NCBI GenBank assembly: GCA_963778235.1
Contig: CAVZTQ010000002.1
Location: 39,766-103,765, forward strand
Source: an uncultured Acidobacteriota bacterium
Lineage (GTDB): Bacteria; Acidobacteriota; Terriglobia; Acidiferrales; UBA7541
Direction: 5' to 3'
Length of the DNA stretch: 64,000 nt
Shown one piece after another: positions 1 through 9,423 of the stretch; the first letter of the stretch is position 1, and each line of letters begins with the position of its first letter. The translations under genes were made by a program, and so were the position numbers. The notes under the pieces were generated by a model. That model had not been told where the DNA came from. It was given only the letters and a program-made list of their open reading frames with translations, and made no database searches.

Positions 1-665
1 GAATCCGAAAACAAGTCGGCGTGATGGAATTAGAATCCGGCCGCTTCTATCAAAAAGCCGCCGCGCGTTCACAAGACGCCAGCATCCGCCAGTTGCTCGA
101 CGATCTAGCAAATGAAGAACAAGCGCACGTCACGCAATCGGAGGAGCTAACAAACAAGAATCTCCCTGAAAGCGTTCGCGAGCAGGAAGCCGAATCCGAG
201 CGCCGGCTCTTCCTTTTGCAAATTGTTCAGCCGGGCCTTGCGGGATTAATGGACGGTTCTGTCTCCACGCTCGCACCTCTTTTCGCCGCAGCCGTCGCCA
301 CACAAAAAAGTTGGGACGCATTTCTCGTCGGCATGGCCGCAAGCGTTGGCGCGGGAATTAGCATGGGTTTCGCCGAAGCACTTTCTGATGATGGCAGCCT
401 CACCGGCCGCGGCCACCCATGGCTTCGCGGTGGCATCTGCGGACTCATGACCGCCCTCGGCGGCGTTGGCCACACGCTCCCATTCCTATTCCCTAACTTC
501 CGCACCGCCATGATGATCTCGGCCATCGTAGTTTTGTTGGAGCTATCCGTAATCTCGTGGGTCCGCCATCGATACATGGACACGCCAGTCTTCTCCGCCA
601 CGATGCAAGTAATGTTAGGCGGCGCGCTCGTGTTCATCGCCGGACTCCTAATCGGCAGCGCCTAA
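1..665 (+). CDS. VIT1/CCC1-family Fe/Mn transporter with N-terminal ferritin-like domain; 5' end lies upstream of the window
   Basis: The frame is open from nt 3 with no upstream stop. The first residues (ELESGRFYQKAA...LANEEQAHV) are only the second E-x-x-H half of a ferritin-like di-iron domain. The rest (LAGLMDGSVSTLAPLFAAA, GISMGFAEALSDDG, C-terminal TM helices) is typical VIT1/CCC1. Stop TAA at 663-665. Confidence 0.8.
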   Translation, partial: IRKQVGVMELESGRFYQKAAARSQDASIRQLLDDLANEEQAHVTQSEELTNKNLPESVREQEAESERRLFLLQIVQPGLAGLMDGSVSTLAPLFAAAVATQKSWDAFLVGMAASVGAGISMGFAEALSDDGSLTGRGHPWLRGGICGLMTALGGVGHTLPFLFPNFRTAMMISAIVVLLELSVISWVRHRYMDTPVFSATMQVMLGGALVFIAGLLIGSA

Positions 666-669
666 TCTC

Positions 670-700
670 GTAGAGGCGGGTCCGCGACCCGCCCGCCTCC
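670..700 (+). repeat. REP-like element, class I (GTAG + GGCGGGTC-CGC-GACCCGCC hairpin + CGCCTCCAAT tail)
   Basis: GTAG at 670-673, then a perfect 8-bp stem at 675-693. It lies 5 nt after the VIT stop. A 29-nt core is identical to the copy at 46543-46571. Confidence 0.8.
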
Positions 701-828
701 AATTACCCAATCATCCTGCATCTTTCCTATACGGCCACGCCCGTCCATCCCCACAAAAATATTCTCTCCTATCGCCATTCTGTAGGTAACGTTTTCTCCT
801 ATCGAGCGTCTATACGGTAGGTGCACTC

Positions 829-1200
829 ATGACCACACAACAAACCGAACTCCTCCAAGGCACACTCGACATGCTAATCCTGAAATCTCTTGCCCTCGAG
901 CCATTGCACGGACTGGGCGTAGCTCGCCGCATCGAGCAAGTAACCCGCGGCACATTTCAGGTCAAGCCCGGCTCGCTTTTTCCCGCGCTGCATCGCATGG
1001 AAGAAGAAGGCTGGGTGAAATCCTATTGGGGCGAATCCGCAAATAATCGCAAAGCAAAATATTACGAACTGACGCGCACCGGGCCGCCGCCATCTCGAAT
1101 CCGAAACGGAAAAATGGGGACGCATCTCCGTAGCAATCGCCCGCGCACTACAGGCCGAAGGATAATCGCATGGCTCTTTTTCAAAAAATCCGCCGCCTAG
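829..1200 (+). CDS. PadR-family transcriptional regulator (acidobacterial type), C-terminal helix out of frame (1-nt frameshift near 1081-1083)
   Basis: The wHTH core [56 protein letters not shown]...[11 protein letters not shown] parallels the intact paralog at 56758-57120. After the GGG run at 1081-1083, the expected tail [26 protein letters not shown] is encoded in the +1 frame. That frame stops at 1163-1165, 4 nt before the permease ATG. Confidence 0.75.
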   Translation: MTTQQTELLQGTLDMLILKSLALEPLHGLGVARRIEQVTRGTFQVKPGSLFPALHRMEEEGWVKSYWGESANNRKAKYYELTRTGPPPSRIRNGKMGTHLRSNRPRTTGRRIIAWLFFKKSAA

Positions 1201-3824
1201 CACGCAATCTGTTCCATCGCGAAAAAGTCGAACGCGATCTCGACGCTGAAGTGCGTAGCTACTCCTCTATGCTCGAAGACGAAAAACTTTCCAGCGGCAT
1301 GAGCGCAATCGAAGCGAGGCGAAAAACCCGCATCGATTTAGTTGGCCCAGAGCAACTCAAAGAAGAAATTCGTAGCGTACGCACCGGTGCCTGGCTCGAG
1401 TCGCTTTTGCAGGACGTGAAGTTCGGTGCACGAATGCTACGTAAGAATTTCGGCGTTACTGCGATTGCAATTCTCACGCTCGCTCTCGGCATCGGTGCAA
1501 ACACCGCCATTTTCAGCGTCGTGAAAAGCGTTCTTCTCAATTCGCTTCCGTATCCACAATCGGATCGTCTCGTAAAACTGGCGGCGAACGATAGCGGCAC
1601 TCTGAATCCCACAACCGTATCTTACGGATTAGTTCAGGACTGGAAACAGCGCACCAACGTCTTCAGCGCCATCGGAACGTACCGTGATTTTCAACCGGCG
1701 ATCACCGGACAGGACAAGCCGCAAATGGTGATCGGCCTTCGCGCTTCGGTTGACTATTACGAAGCTCTCGGTGCTCATCCGATTCTCGGCCGGAGTTTCA
1801 CGCGAGACGACGATCGGCCCGACCGTTGGCACGTACTTCTTCTGAGTTACGGATTCTGGCAATCCTATTTTGGCGGACGTCCCGACGTGGTCGGTCAAAA
1901 GCTGCCGCTGAATACCACGACATTTGAGATCGTCGGCGTGTTGCCACGAGATTTCGTTCCGGTTGCAAGAAGCGGAGGACAAGGAACTCCGCAGATATTT
2001 GCGCCCCTCGGATACGACTCTTCGCTTCCGTACGCTTGTCGCAGTTGTCAGCATCTACAAACTGTCGCGCGGCTTCGCGATGGCGTCACGCTCGCGCAGG
2101 CGCGCCTAGAAATGAACGCCTTAGCCGGAAGACTCGCGCACGAATTCTCAAACGATTATCCACCCAGTTTTTCGGCAATGATCACGCCGCTGCTCGAATC
2201 GCAGGTAAAAAATGTCCGCAGCCTGATGTTGATGGTCTTGGGCGCCACCGGATTTGTATTGCTTATCGCATGCGCCAACGTCGCCAGCCTGTTGCTATCT
2301 CTCGCGTCCGGACGTCGCCGCGAACTTACTCTCCGCGCCGCGTTGGGCGCTGGACGAAAACGATTGGTCCGGCAGGTTTTGACCGAAAGTATTTTGCTGA
2401 CCTTCGTCGGTGGTGCGGCGGGCGTTATTCTCGCGATGGCAGGTGTCCGCGCACTGATCGCGTGGGGGCCCTCCGATATTCCGCGATTGAATTCGGTGAC
2501 GCTGGATGGCGTCGTGCTTGCGTTCACTTTTGCCGTCAGTTTGATGACGGGAATTCTGGCGGGCCTATTGCCGGCATTTCAAGCTGCGCGAGTGGATCAG
2601 CGTGAAGCGCTGCAAGAGGGAAGTCGTGGCTCAATCGGTTCGCGTCGCGGACGCCTCCGCAACATTCTTATTGTTAGCGAGATCGCGCTCGCATTCGTTC
2701 TCACCGTTGGCACATCACTCCTTGGGTTGAGCCTCGTTCGCGTACTCAAAGTAAATCCCGGATTTCAAACGCACAATCTCTACACCGCCGACTTCGCGCT
2801 GATAGGTAAGAAGTACGCGCAAAATGACGCGGTCATTGAATTCGACCGTCAGGCCGTAAATCGCATTCGCAATATTCCGGGCGTCGAAAGCGTCGCGTTA
2901 ACCACAACTCTGCCGCTCAGTGGCAATTCTGACCGCGACGGCTTCATCATTCAGGATCGCGTCGTGAAGGATTCCGATGCGCCTTCCGTTGATTCCTATT
3001 GGGTCACCTATGATTATTTTAGGACAATGCAAATCCCATTAGTCCGCGGACGATTGTTTACCGCTGCTGATGAAGCCGTCTCCGCAACCTCTCCGGTCGC
3101 CATCATCAGTGAAACAACGGCCAAACAGATGTGGCCATCGGAAGATCCGCTCGGCAAAAAAATCCAACTCGGCGCGCGGGATGAAAAAAATCCCTGGGCA
3201 ACGATCGTCGGAATTGTTCCGGACATCCGTCAGTACGGTTTAGACTCCGACGCAACAGCCGAAGCTTATTGGCTTTCGATGTACCGTCCCAGCAGCTTCG
3301 TCATAAGGACTTCGCTCGCGAAGGCCGCGCTCACTCGCGCCATCGGCAATCAGCTCGCGAGCCTCGATAAAAATGTTCCAGTGTATGACGACGCCACGAT
3401 GGAAGACCTGCTCGCCAAGACGCTCAGCCAGCGCAGATTCGTAGCTTCGCTTGTCGGCGGATTTGGTTTGCTCGCGTTGCTGCTTGCAGGAATCGGAATT
3501 TACGGCGTAATGGCCTATCACGTTGGCCAGCGCACCGGTGAAATCGGAATTCGCATGGCTCTGGGCGCCACCCCGAAGTCGATTCTCGGAATCGTGGCAA
3601 ATGATGGCCTGCGTGTCGCAATCGTGGGATCACTCTTCGGCGTGGTGCTGGCCTTCGGGATCACACGCTATCTCACCAGCCAGCTCTATCACGTAAGGCC
3701 AACCGAGCCCATCGCCTACGTGATTTCCATCGCTGTGATCGCCGCTGACATGTTTCTGGCGTGTTACATTCCAGCGCGTCGCGCCGCACACGTAGATCCC
3801 ATGGTCGCGCTGCGCCACGAGTGA
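1170..3824 (+). CDS. ADOP-family duplicated MacB/FtsX-like permease (copy 1 of 4 in tandem)
   Basis: 884 aa. N-terminal signature [28 protein letters not shown]...[11 protein letters not shown]. Two MacB-like periplasmic plus FtsX 4-TM modules. C-terminal [17 protein letters not shown]. Confidence 0.9.
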   Translation: MALFQKIRRLARNLFHREKVERDLDAEVRSYSSMLEDEKLSSGMSAIEARRKTRIDLVGPEQLKEEIRSVRTGAWLESLLQDVKFGARMLRKNFGVTAIAILTLALGIGANTAIFSVVKSVLLNSLPYPQSDRLVKLAANDSGTLNPTTVSYGLVQDWKQRTNVFSAIGTYRDFQPAITGQDKPQMVIGLRASVDYYEALGAHPILGRSFTRDDDRPDRWHVLLLSYGFWQSYFGGRPDVVGQKLPLNTTTFEIVGVLPRDFVPVARSGGQGTPQIFAPLGYDSSLPYACRSCQHLQTVARLRDGVTLAQARLEMNALAGRLAHEFSNDYPPSFSAMITPLLESQVKNVRSLMLMVLGATGFVLLIACANVASLLLSLASGRRRELTLRAALGAGRKRLVRQVLTESILLTFVGGAAGVILAMAGVRALIAWGPSDIPRLNSVTLDGVVLAFTFAVSLMTGILAGLLPAFQAARVDQREALQEGSRGSIGSRRGRLRNILIVSEIALAFVLTVGTSLLGLSLVRVLKVNPGFQTHNLYTADFALIGKKYAQNDAVIEFDRQAVNRIRNIPGVESVALTTTLPLSGNSDRDGFIIQDRVVKDSDAPSVDSYWVTYDYFRTMQIPLVRGRLFTAADEAVSATSPVAIISETTAKQMWPSEDPLGKKIQLGARDEKNPWATIVGIVPDIRQYGLDSDATAEAYWLSMYRPSSFVIRTSLAKAALTRAIGNQLASLDKNVPVYDDATMEDLLAKTLSQRRFVASLVGGFGLLALLLAGIGIYGVMAYHVGQRTGEIGIRMALGATPKSILGIVANDGLRVAIVGSLFGVVLAFGITRYLTSQLYHVRPTEPIAYVISIAVIAADMFLACYIPARRAAHVDPMVALRHE

Positions 3825-3837
3825 AGTTTTCGATTTC

Positions 3838-3870
3838 GTAGGGGCCACCTTCAGGTGGGCCGCTGTTTTT
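3838..3870 (+). terminator. REP-like element, class II (GTAG + GGCCACC-TTCA-GGTGGGCC hairpin + TGTTTTT); terminator-like
   Basis: GTAGGGGCCACCTTCAGGTGGGCCGCTGTTTTT lies 14 nt after the ADOP1 stop. The SD AGGAGGG and the ADOP2 ATG follow directly. It is part of a 59-nt block identical to 6615-6673. Confidence 0.65.
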
Positions 3871-3884
3871 AGGAGGGAACAGCA

Positions 3885-6566
3885 ATGCGCAAAATCCTGA
3901 CGGCACTTCGCAATCTCTTCCGTCACAAAAAAGTTGACCGCGATCTCGACGCGGAAGTCCGCAGCTACTCCGACTTACTCGAACACGAAAAACTTTCGAG
4001 CGGCATGAGCCCCGCGGAAGCAAAGCGAATCGCGCGAATCGATTTAGTCGGCCCTGAACAACTTAAAGAGGAAGTTCGCGCAAATCGCGCCGGCGCGCAC
4101 CTGGAAACAATTCTCCGTGACATCCGCTTCGGCGCACGCGCGTTACGCAAGAATCCTGGGTTCACTGCGGTCGCGATCTTGACTCTTACCCTCGGCATTG
4201 GCGCAAACACCGCAATTTTCAGCGTCGTGGAATCTCAACTGTGGCGGCCACTCCCATTTCCGGATTCTGAGCGTCTCGTGGACGCACATCCCGTGTTGGT
4301 CAACAACCCGAAGCAATGGGATGTCCTTTCAAGTCGCGGTTACAAAGCTTGGCGTGAGCAATCTCGCTCGTTTGTGAATCTGGCTGCTTACTTTTATCCG
4401 GGCGCGCGAAATCTGACCGCGAACGGCACATCTGAGCGCGTTTTGGTAATGCCCATCTCAGCCAATTTTTTCGATACGTTCAAAGTTCCGGTCGCACGCG
4501 GCCGCGCATTTTCGACCGATGAGGAATCGTTGGGACGTCAGCACGTTGCAATCGTCAGCAATTCACTTTGGAAGGATCGCTTTGACGCTGATCCAGCCCT
4601 AGTCGGCAAGCCAATCACACTGGACGGCGAGCCATACACGATTGTCGGCATTGGCTCTCCAACTCTTCGTATGGAGTACATGGATGAGCCTGCCGTCTAT
4701 GTTCCACTCCCAATGGATCCGTCTGCGCCGCTGGCACGGGATACTTACGTGGTCGGTAGACTCCCTCCCGATATGACCACGGAACGCGCGAGCGTAGAGC
4801 TCGCCACTATTCTGAATCGGGAGCTCAAATCCGAAGGCATCCAGCCGGAGGATACGGTAGCCGTCACGAATTTGCGGCAAACTTGGACAGAGTTTGCCGC
4901 TCGATCTCTGTACTTCTTCGCTGGCGCCGTAAGTCTCATCCTATTGATCGCCTGCTTCAACACAGCGGGACTCTTGCTCGCACGAGGCCTTGTACGCCGC
5001 CACGAATTTGCTCTTCGCGCGGCGCTCGGCGCCAGTCGAATCGCACTTCTCCGCCAGTTGCTGGTGGAAAGTCTGATGCTCGCGTTTGGCGGCGGCATCG
5101 GTGGGACATTTCTAGGTCTCTGGCTGGCGCAGTTGTTCGCCGCTTTCATTCCGGCCGGTACATTGCCGCTCCGCGCAACGGTTGCTCTGGATGCCCGAGT
5201 TCTTGTTTTCACTGTCGTCGTCTCGATATTCTCGGCGATCCTGCTCGGTGTCGCTCCGGCTATTTTCGCGTCTCGCACAGACTTAAACGACGTTCTGCGA
5301 CAGAGTCCTCGCGGACTCTCCGCCGGCCGACATCAGCATCGTCTGCGCCGAATTCTCGTGTCCACCGAAGTAGCGCTCGGATTGGTTTTGCTTTTTGGCG
5401 CTGGGCTTTTTCTTTCAAGTTTTGTGCGCCTCCAGCAAGCCCCTCGCGGATTCGACGCACCGGGCGCGCTCACTTTCCGCGTTTCTCTGCGCGGGACCGA
5501 CTACTCCAAGCCCGAACAAACGCTCCGCTATTTCAACCGTCTTTCGGAACAACTCAATTCGCTCCCGGGCGTTCGCGAAGTAGCTCTCGGCAGCGGCCTT
5601 CCGTTAACGGGTTCGACCGAAGTATTTGCTGCCGTTAATGTCGCTGGCCGTCCTCTCGTTCAGACTCACGGTGTGGTCGTAACTGTGCACGCCATTTCGC
5701 CAAGTTATTTTGACGCTCTACACATCCAACTTCTCGACGGACACACGTTCAATCCGCAGGACAATAGTGCAGGCTCGCCGCGCGTCGCCATCATGAATCG
5801 AAATGCCGCGCACGAATTATTCGGCTCAGAAGATCCAGTCGGAAAAATGCTCGAGTTCGTTCCTGACGAGCGCCGTGGAGTTCCAGCGCAACCTCCTGTG
5901 CAAATTATCGGCCTCACAGAAAACGCGCAAGAATTCGGCGCCAGCGAAATCCCGATGCCGGACCTCTACGTCCCGTTCTCGCAGCATCCCGTCGCTTCGG
6001 CCTACGCGGTGGTATCGTCGCGCTTGCCTCGTGCCGAACTCGCTGATGCGATTCGCACTGCAACGTTTGCGCTCGATAAAGACCAGCCAATCTACGACTT
6101 GAAGACCATGGACGAGCGAATCGAGAACTCCACGTCGGGTGCGCGTTTCAATCTTTTCTTAATAGCCGGACTCGCCGTCATCGGCGTGCTACTCGTCTCA
6201 GTTGGAATTTTCGGAACCGTTTCTTACTTCGCGCAGCAACGCACGCAGGAATTTGGCATTCGTCTAGCCCTCGGCGCCACTCCCGGCTGGATTTTGCGCC
6301 AGGTAATCGCTCAATCACTCGCCACTGGATTCGCCGGTCTCGCCGCAGGTGTTGCCGTCTCGCTAATCCTTGGGCGGCTCCTTCGCCACGCGCTTTATCT
6401 GGCGCCGCACGAACACACCGGAATGCTTTATGGCGTCAGCATCTACGATCCAGTTTCGCTTTCGATCGCGTCGTTGTTGATAGTGATAGTCATCACGCTC
6501 GCCAGCTATATCCCCGCACGCCGCGCCATGAGAGTGGATCCCATGGTTGCGCTGCGCCACGAATGA
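3885..6566 (+). CDS. ADOP-family duplicated permease (copy 2)
   Basis: 893 aa. [36 protein letters not shown]...[10 protein letters not shown], duplicated FtsX modules, C-terminal [19 protein letters not shown] lies 8 nt upstream. Confidence 0.9.
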   Translation: MRKILTALRNLFRHKKVDRDLDAEVRSYSDLLEHEKLSSGMSPAEAKRIARIDLVGPEQLKEEVRANRAGAHLETILRDIRFGARALRKNPGFTAVAILTLTLGIGANTAIFSVVESQLWRPLPFPDSERLVDAHPVLVNNPKQWDVLSSRGYKAWREQSRSFVNLAAYFYPGARNLTANGTSERVLVMPISANFFDTFKVPVARGRAFSTDEESLGRQHVAIVSNSLWKDRFDADPALVGKPITLDGEPYTIVGIGSPTLRMEYMDEPAVYVPLPMDPSAPLARDTYVVGRLPPDMTTERASVELATILNRELKSEGIQPEDTVAVTNLRQTWTEFAARSLYFFAGAVSLILLIACFNTAGLLLARGLVRRHEFALRAALGASRIALLRQLLVESLMLAFGGGIGGTFLGLWLAQLFAAFIPAGTLPLRATVALDARVLVFTVVVSIFSAILLGVAPAIFASRTDLNDVLRQSPRGLSAGRHQHRLRRILVSTEVALGLVLLFGAGLFLSSFVRLQQAPRGFDAPGALTFRVSLRGTDYSKPEQTLRYFNRLSEQLNSLPGVREVALGSGLPLTGSTEVFAAVNVAGRPLVQTHGVVVTVHAISPSYFDALHIQLLDGHTFNPQDNSAGSPRVAIMNRNAAHELFGSEDPVGKMLEFVPDERRGVPAQPPVQIIGLTENAQEFGASEIPMPDLYVPFSQHPVASAYAVVSSRLPRAELADAIRTATFALDKDQPIYDLKTMDERIENSTSGARFNLFLIAGLAVIGVLLVSVGIFGTVSYFAQQRTQEFGIRLALGATPGWILRQVIAQSLATGFAGLAAGVAVSLILGRLLRHALYLAPHEHTGMLYGVSIYDPVSLSIASLLIVIVITLASYIPARRAMRVDPMVALRHE

Positions 6567-6573
6567 TTGGTTG

Positions 6574-6600
6574 GTAGGGTGGGTCTGCGACCCGCCCGCT
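6574..6600 (+). repeat. REP-like element, class I variant
   Basis: GTAGGGTGGGTCTGCGACCCGCCCGCT lies 8 nt after the ADOP2 stop. Same hairpin architecture as 670-700 with substitutions. Confidence 0.65.
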
Positions 6601-6619
6601 GTTCGATTCGCCGAATTTC

Positions 6620-6652
6620 GTAGGGGCCACCTTCAGGTGGGCCGCTGTTTTT
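6620..6652 (+). terminator. REP-like element, class II; terminator-like
   Basis: Sequence is identical to 3838-3870. It is the second of two tandem REP-like elements in the ADOP2-ADOP3 spacer. Confidence 0.65.
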
Positions 6653-6666
6653 AGGAGGGAACAGCA

Positions 6667-9300
6667 ATGCGCAGAATCCTGACCACACTTCGCAATCTCA
6701 TCCGCCGCGAACATGTCGAGCGCGATCTCGACGCCGAAGTCCGCAGCTATTCCGATCTCCTCGAAGAAGAAAAAATGTCCAACGGCATGAACGCAAACGA
6801 GGCAAAGCGCGCCGCACGTATGACTATCGGCGGCCCGGAGCAACTCAAAGAAGAAATCCGCAGCGCTCGCACCGGATCATGGCTCGAAACTCTTTGGCAA
6901 GACTTACGTTTCAGTTTCCGTACACTGCGAAAGAAACCAGCGTTCACCGCAATCGCCGTCTTGTCGCTCGCGTTGGGAATGGGAGCAGCCACGGCAATTT
7001 TTACGCTTGTTGATCGCGTTCTCCTGCAGCCTCTTCCATATCAAAACTCCGCCCAACTCGTTTGGATGACGGAGCAAACCACCGCCAACGATTCCACCGG
7101 CGTTTCTTGGCCGAATTATCAAGACTGGAAACAGATGAATCGCGCATTCACGGGAATGGCGGGATATCGTGACGCCGGATTTCCAGTTGCCGAAGAAGGA
7201 TTTTCAGGACTCGCCTCCGGCCGTTACGTCACCGCGAATTATTTCGAGCTAATGGGAATCCGCCCGCTGCTCGGCCGCACATTTCAAGCAGGAGAAAATA
7301 CTCCCGGCGGACCGCAACTCGCAATTTTGAGTCACCAGTACTGGCGCAGCCGCTATGCGGAATCTCCCGATGTTTTAGGGAGGGTGATTCGTCTTCGCGG
7401 CGCATCATTCACCATCATCGGAGTTATGCCCGAAGGTTTCGGCGCCGTCACTCACACCTCGTTCTGGTTGCCGTTTGAGCAGAATGTTCCCAAGCTTTAT
7501 CTCACCGGACGCGACGTCGCCTGGCTTTTGTACATTGTCGCCCGGCGCGCTCCCGGCGTTTCGTTTGAACAAGCGCAGCGCGACATGGCTCGCGTGGGCG
7601 ATCTTCTCGCGCAACAATATCCTTCGATTGATTCCAATTCACGTCCCATGATGAAAGATTTAGATCGCCACATGCTCGGCGATAACCGCGCCGTTCTAAT
7701 TCTCGTTTCGTCCGCCGTGAGCTTGCTGCTTTTAATTACTCTTGCAAACATCGCGAGTCTTCTACTCGTGAAAACGAGTGCTCGCAGAAAGGAATTCTCG
7801 CTACGCCTCGCGCTTGGCGCGCGTCGAACCAGAGTTTTCCGCCAGATCCTCACCGAAGGATTTCTCCTCGCTTCCATCGGCGGATTCTTCGGATTCCTGA
7901 TTGCCTGGGCCGCAGTGCGCGTCGCTGCGGACGTGCTTCCCAGAAATCTTCCGCTCACAGCGTCGTTGGGAGTCGACCTCCACGCCTTCGCATTCTGTTT
8001 CGGGGTCACCATGCTCACCAGTTTGATCGTTGGATGCGCGCCCGCTCGTTTTGCAATGCGCTCCGATCCTCAAACTGTATTGCGCGCTACTTCCCATCAA
8101 ATTCGCGGAGGCCACAAACGTTTTCACGGCGGGCTTATCGTCTGCGAAATTGGTTTGGCGATGGCTGTTCTTGTCGGCACCGGGCTGCTCGTTCGCACCA
8201 TGCGCTCGTTACTCTCAACCGATCTCGGATTCGATCCCAATCATTTGGTCACTGCGACAGTTTCAATTCCCCCGGCGCCTTATCCAGACGGCCCCGCCCA
8301 GGCCGCATTCATTCAGCGCGGAATCGACCGAATCGCCACAATTCCTGGTGTAACGTCCGCGTCGGCCGTTTTTCCCGTTCCATTTTCTCCGCAAATTTAT
8401 CAAGTGCTGCTGGCCATCGAAGGACGCATCCCGAAAGTCGGAGTCGAGCAAAGCACTTTCGTTTCCGTCGTGTCGTGGAAATATTTGGACACGATGAAAA
8501 TTCCAATTCTCCAAGGCCGCGGATTTGTCGAGCAGGATACACAACCGAACATCCGCTCCGTTGTAATCGATCGCGGCCTTGCGGAAAGTTATTTCCGCAA
8601 CGAAAATCCCATCGGAAAATCCATCAAGCTATTCACGCAGAATTTTGCAGACGCTTCGCAGACTTCGTATGTCGTTGTAGGAGTTTCGGGCGCCGTGCGC
8701 GCCGCAAGCCTCGACGAAATTCCGCCGCCGCGCGTTTACGTTTTGATGCAGCAGTTGCCGACCGCGTGGACATTCGTCGTGCGCTCCGCCGCCGCGCCGC
8801 AATCCGTCGAACGCGCCATTCAAGACCAACTCCGTACACTTGATCGCAACGTTCCCGTTTTCAATGTCGCTACCATGAATGAATCAATTGGCGCGTCGCA
8901 GAAATCCAGAACGCAGGCCATGTGGCTCCTGATTTCTTTTTCCATCGCTGCGTTACTCCTCGCCGCGCTCGGTCTTTACGGAGTCATGTCCTATCTTGTC
9001 GGGCAGCGCACCAACGAAATCGGAATTCGCATGGCGCTCGGCGCGCATCCGCGTGACATTCGCAAATTAATTTTCGGCTACGGCGCAGCACTCGTCGCCG
9101 GTGGTGCCGTAGTTGGACTAGCATCAGCTCTAATTCTCGGCAGGCTCATGCGCACATTGCTCTACCGCGTCGAGCCCACTGACGGCATCACAATCGCTGT
9201 CGTGACCGCCGTCATCGTCGCCGTCGCATGGATTGCCTGTTACGTCCCAGCGCGTCGCGCCATGAAAGTAGATCCAATGGTCGCCCTTCGATACGAGTAG
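6667..9300 (+). CDS. ADOP-family duplicated permease (copy 3)
   Basis: 877 aa. [41 protein letters not shown]...[13 protein letters not shown]-terminal [10 protein letters not shown]. Confidence 0.9.
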   Translation: MRRILTTLRNLIRREHVERDLDAEVRSYSDLLEEEKMSNGMNANEAKRAARMTIGGPEQLKEEIRSARTGSWLETLWQDLRFSFRTLRKKPAFTAIAVLSLALGMGAATAIFTLVDRVLLQPLPYQNSAQLVWMTEQTTANDSTGVSWPNYQDWKQMNRAFTGMAGYRDAGFPVAEEGFSGLASGRYVTANYFELMGIRPLLGRTFQAGENTPGGPQLAILSHQYWRSRYAESPDVLGRVIRLRGASFTIIGVMPEGFGAVTHTSFWLPFEQNVPKLYLTGRDVAWLLYIVARRAPGVSFEQAQRDMARVGDLLAQQYPSIDSNSRPMMKDLDRHMLGDNRAVLILVSSAVSLLLLITLANIASLLLVKTSARRKEFSLRLALGARRTRVFRQILTEGFLLASIGGFFGFLIAWAAVRVAADVLPRNLPLTASLGVDLHAFAFCFGVTMLTSLIVGCAPARFAMRSDPQTVLRATSHQIRGGHKRFHGGLIVCEIGLAMAVLVGTGLLVRTMRSLLSTDLGFDPNHLVTATVSIPPAPYPDGPAQAAFIQRGIDRIATIPGVTSASAVFPVPFSPQIYQVLLAIEGRIPKVGVEQSTFVSVVSWKYLDTMKIPILQGRGFVEQDTQPNIRSVVIDRGLAESYFRNENPIGKSIKLFTQNFADASQTSYVVVGVSGAVRAASLDEIPPPRVYVLMQQLPTAWTFVVRSAAAPQSVERAIQDQLRTLDRNVPVFNVATMNESIGASQKSRTQAMWLLISFSIAALLLAALGLYGVMSYLVGQRTNEIGIRMALGAHPRDIRKLIFGYGAALVAGGAVVGLASALILGRLMRTLLYRVEPTDGITIAVVTAVIVAVAWIACYVPARRAMKVDPMVALRYE

Positions 9301-9423
9301 CGATGCGTAGACATGGTCGATGAACCGGCCGCTGTACGATTGGCGAGAATGTTGTAGGGGCAATCTTTTTAGCAGGAAGACGCTCGAAGGTCAGGTCGCT
9401 CAAGATTTTTGCGAGGAATAAAA

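Noticed and set aside
9354-9378. Additional class II REP-like copy at the ADOP3/ADOP4 junction
   Set aside because: GTAGGGGCAATCTTTTTAGCAGGA keeps the GTAGGGGC head and the T-run but has lost the hairpin. I treat it as a decayed remnant rather than a feature. Similar head or tail fragments occur at about 20429 and about 20255.
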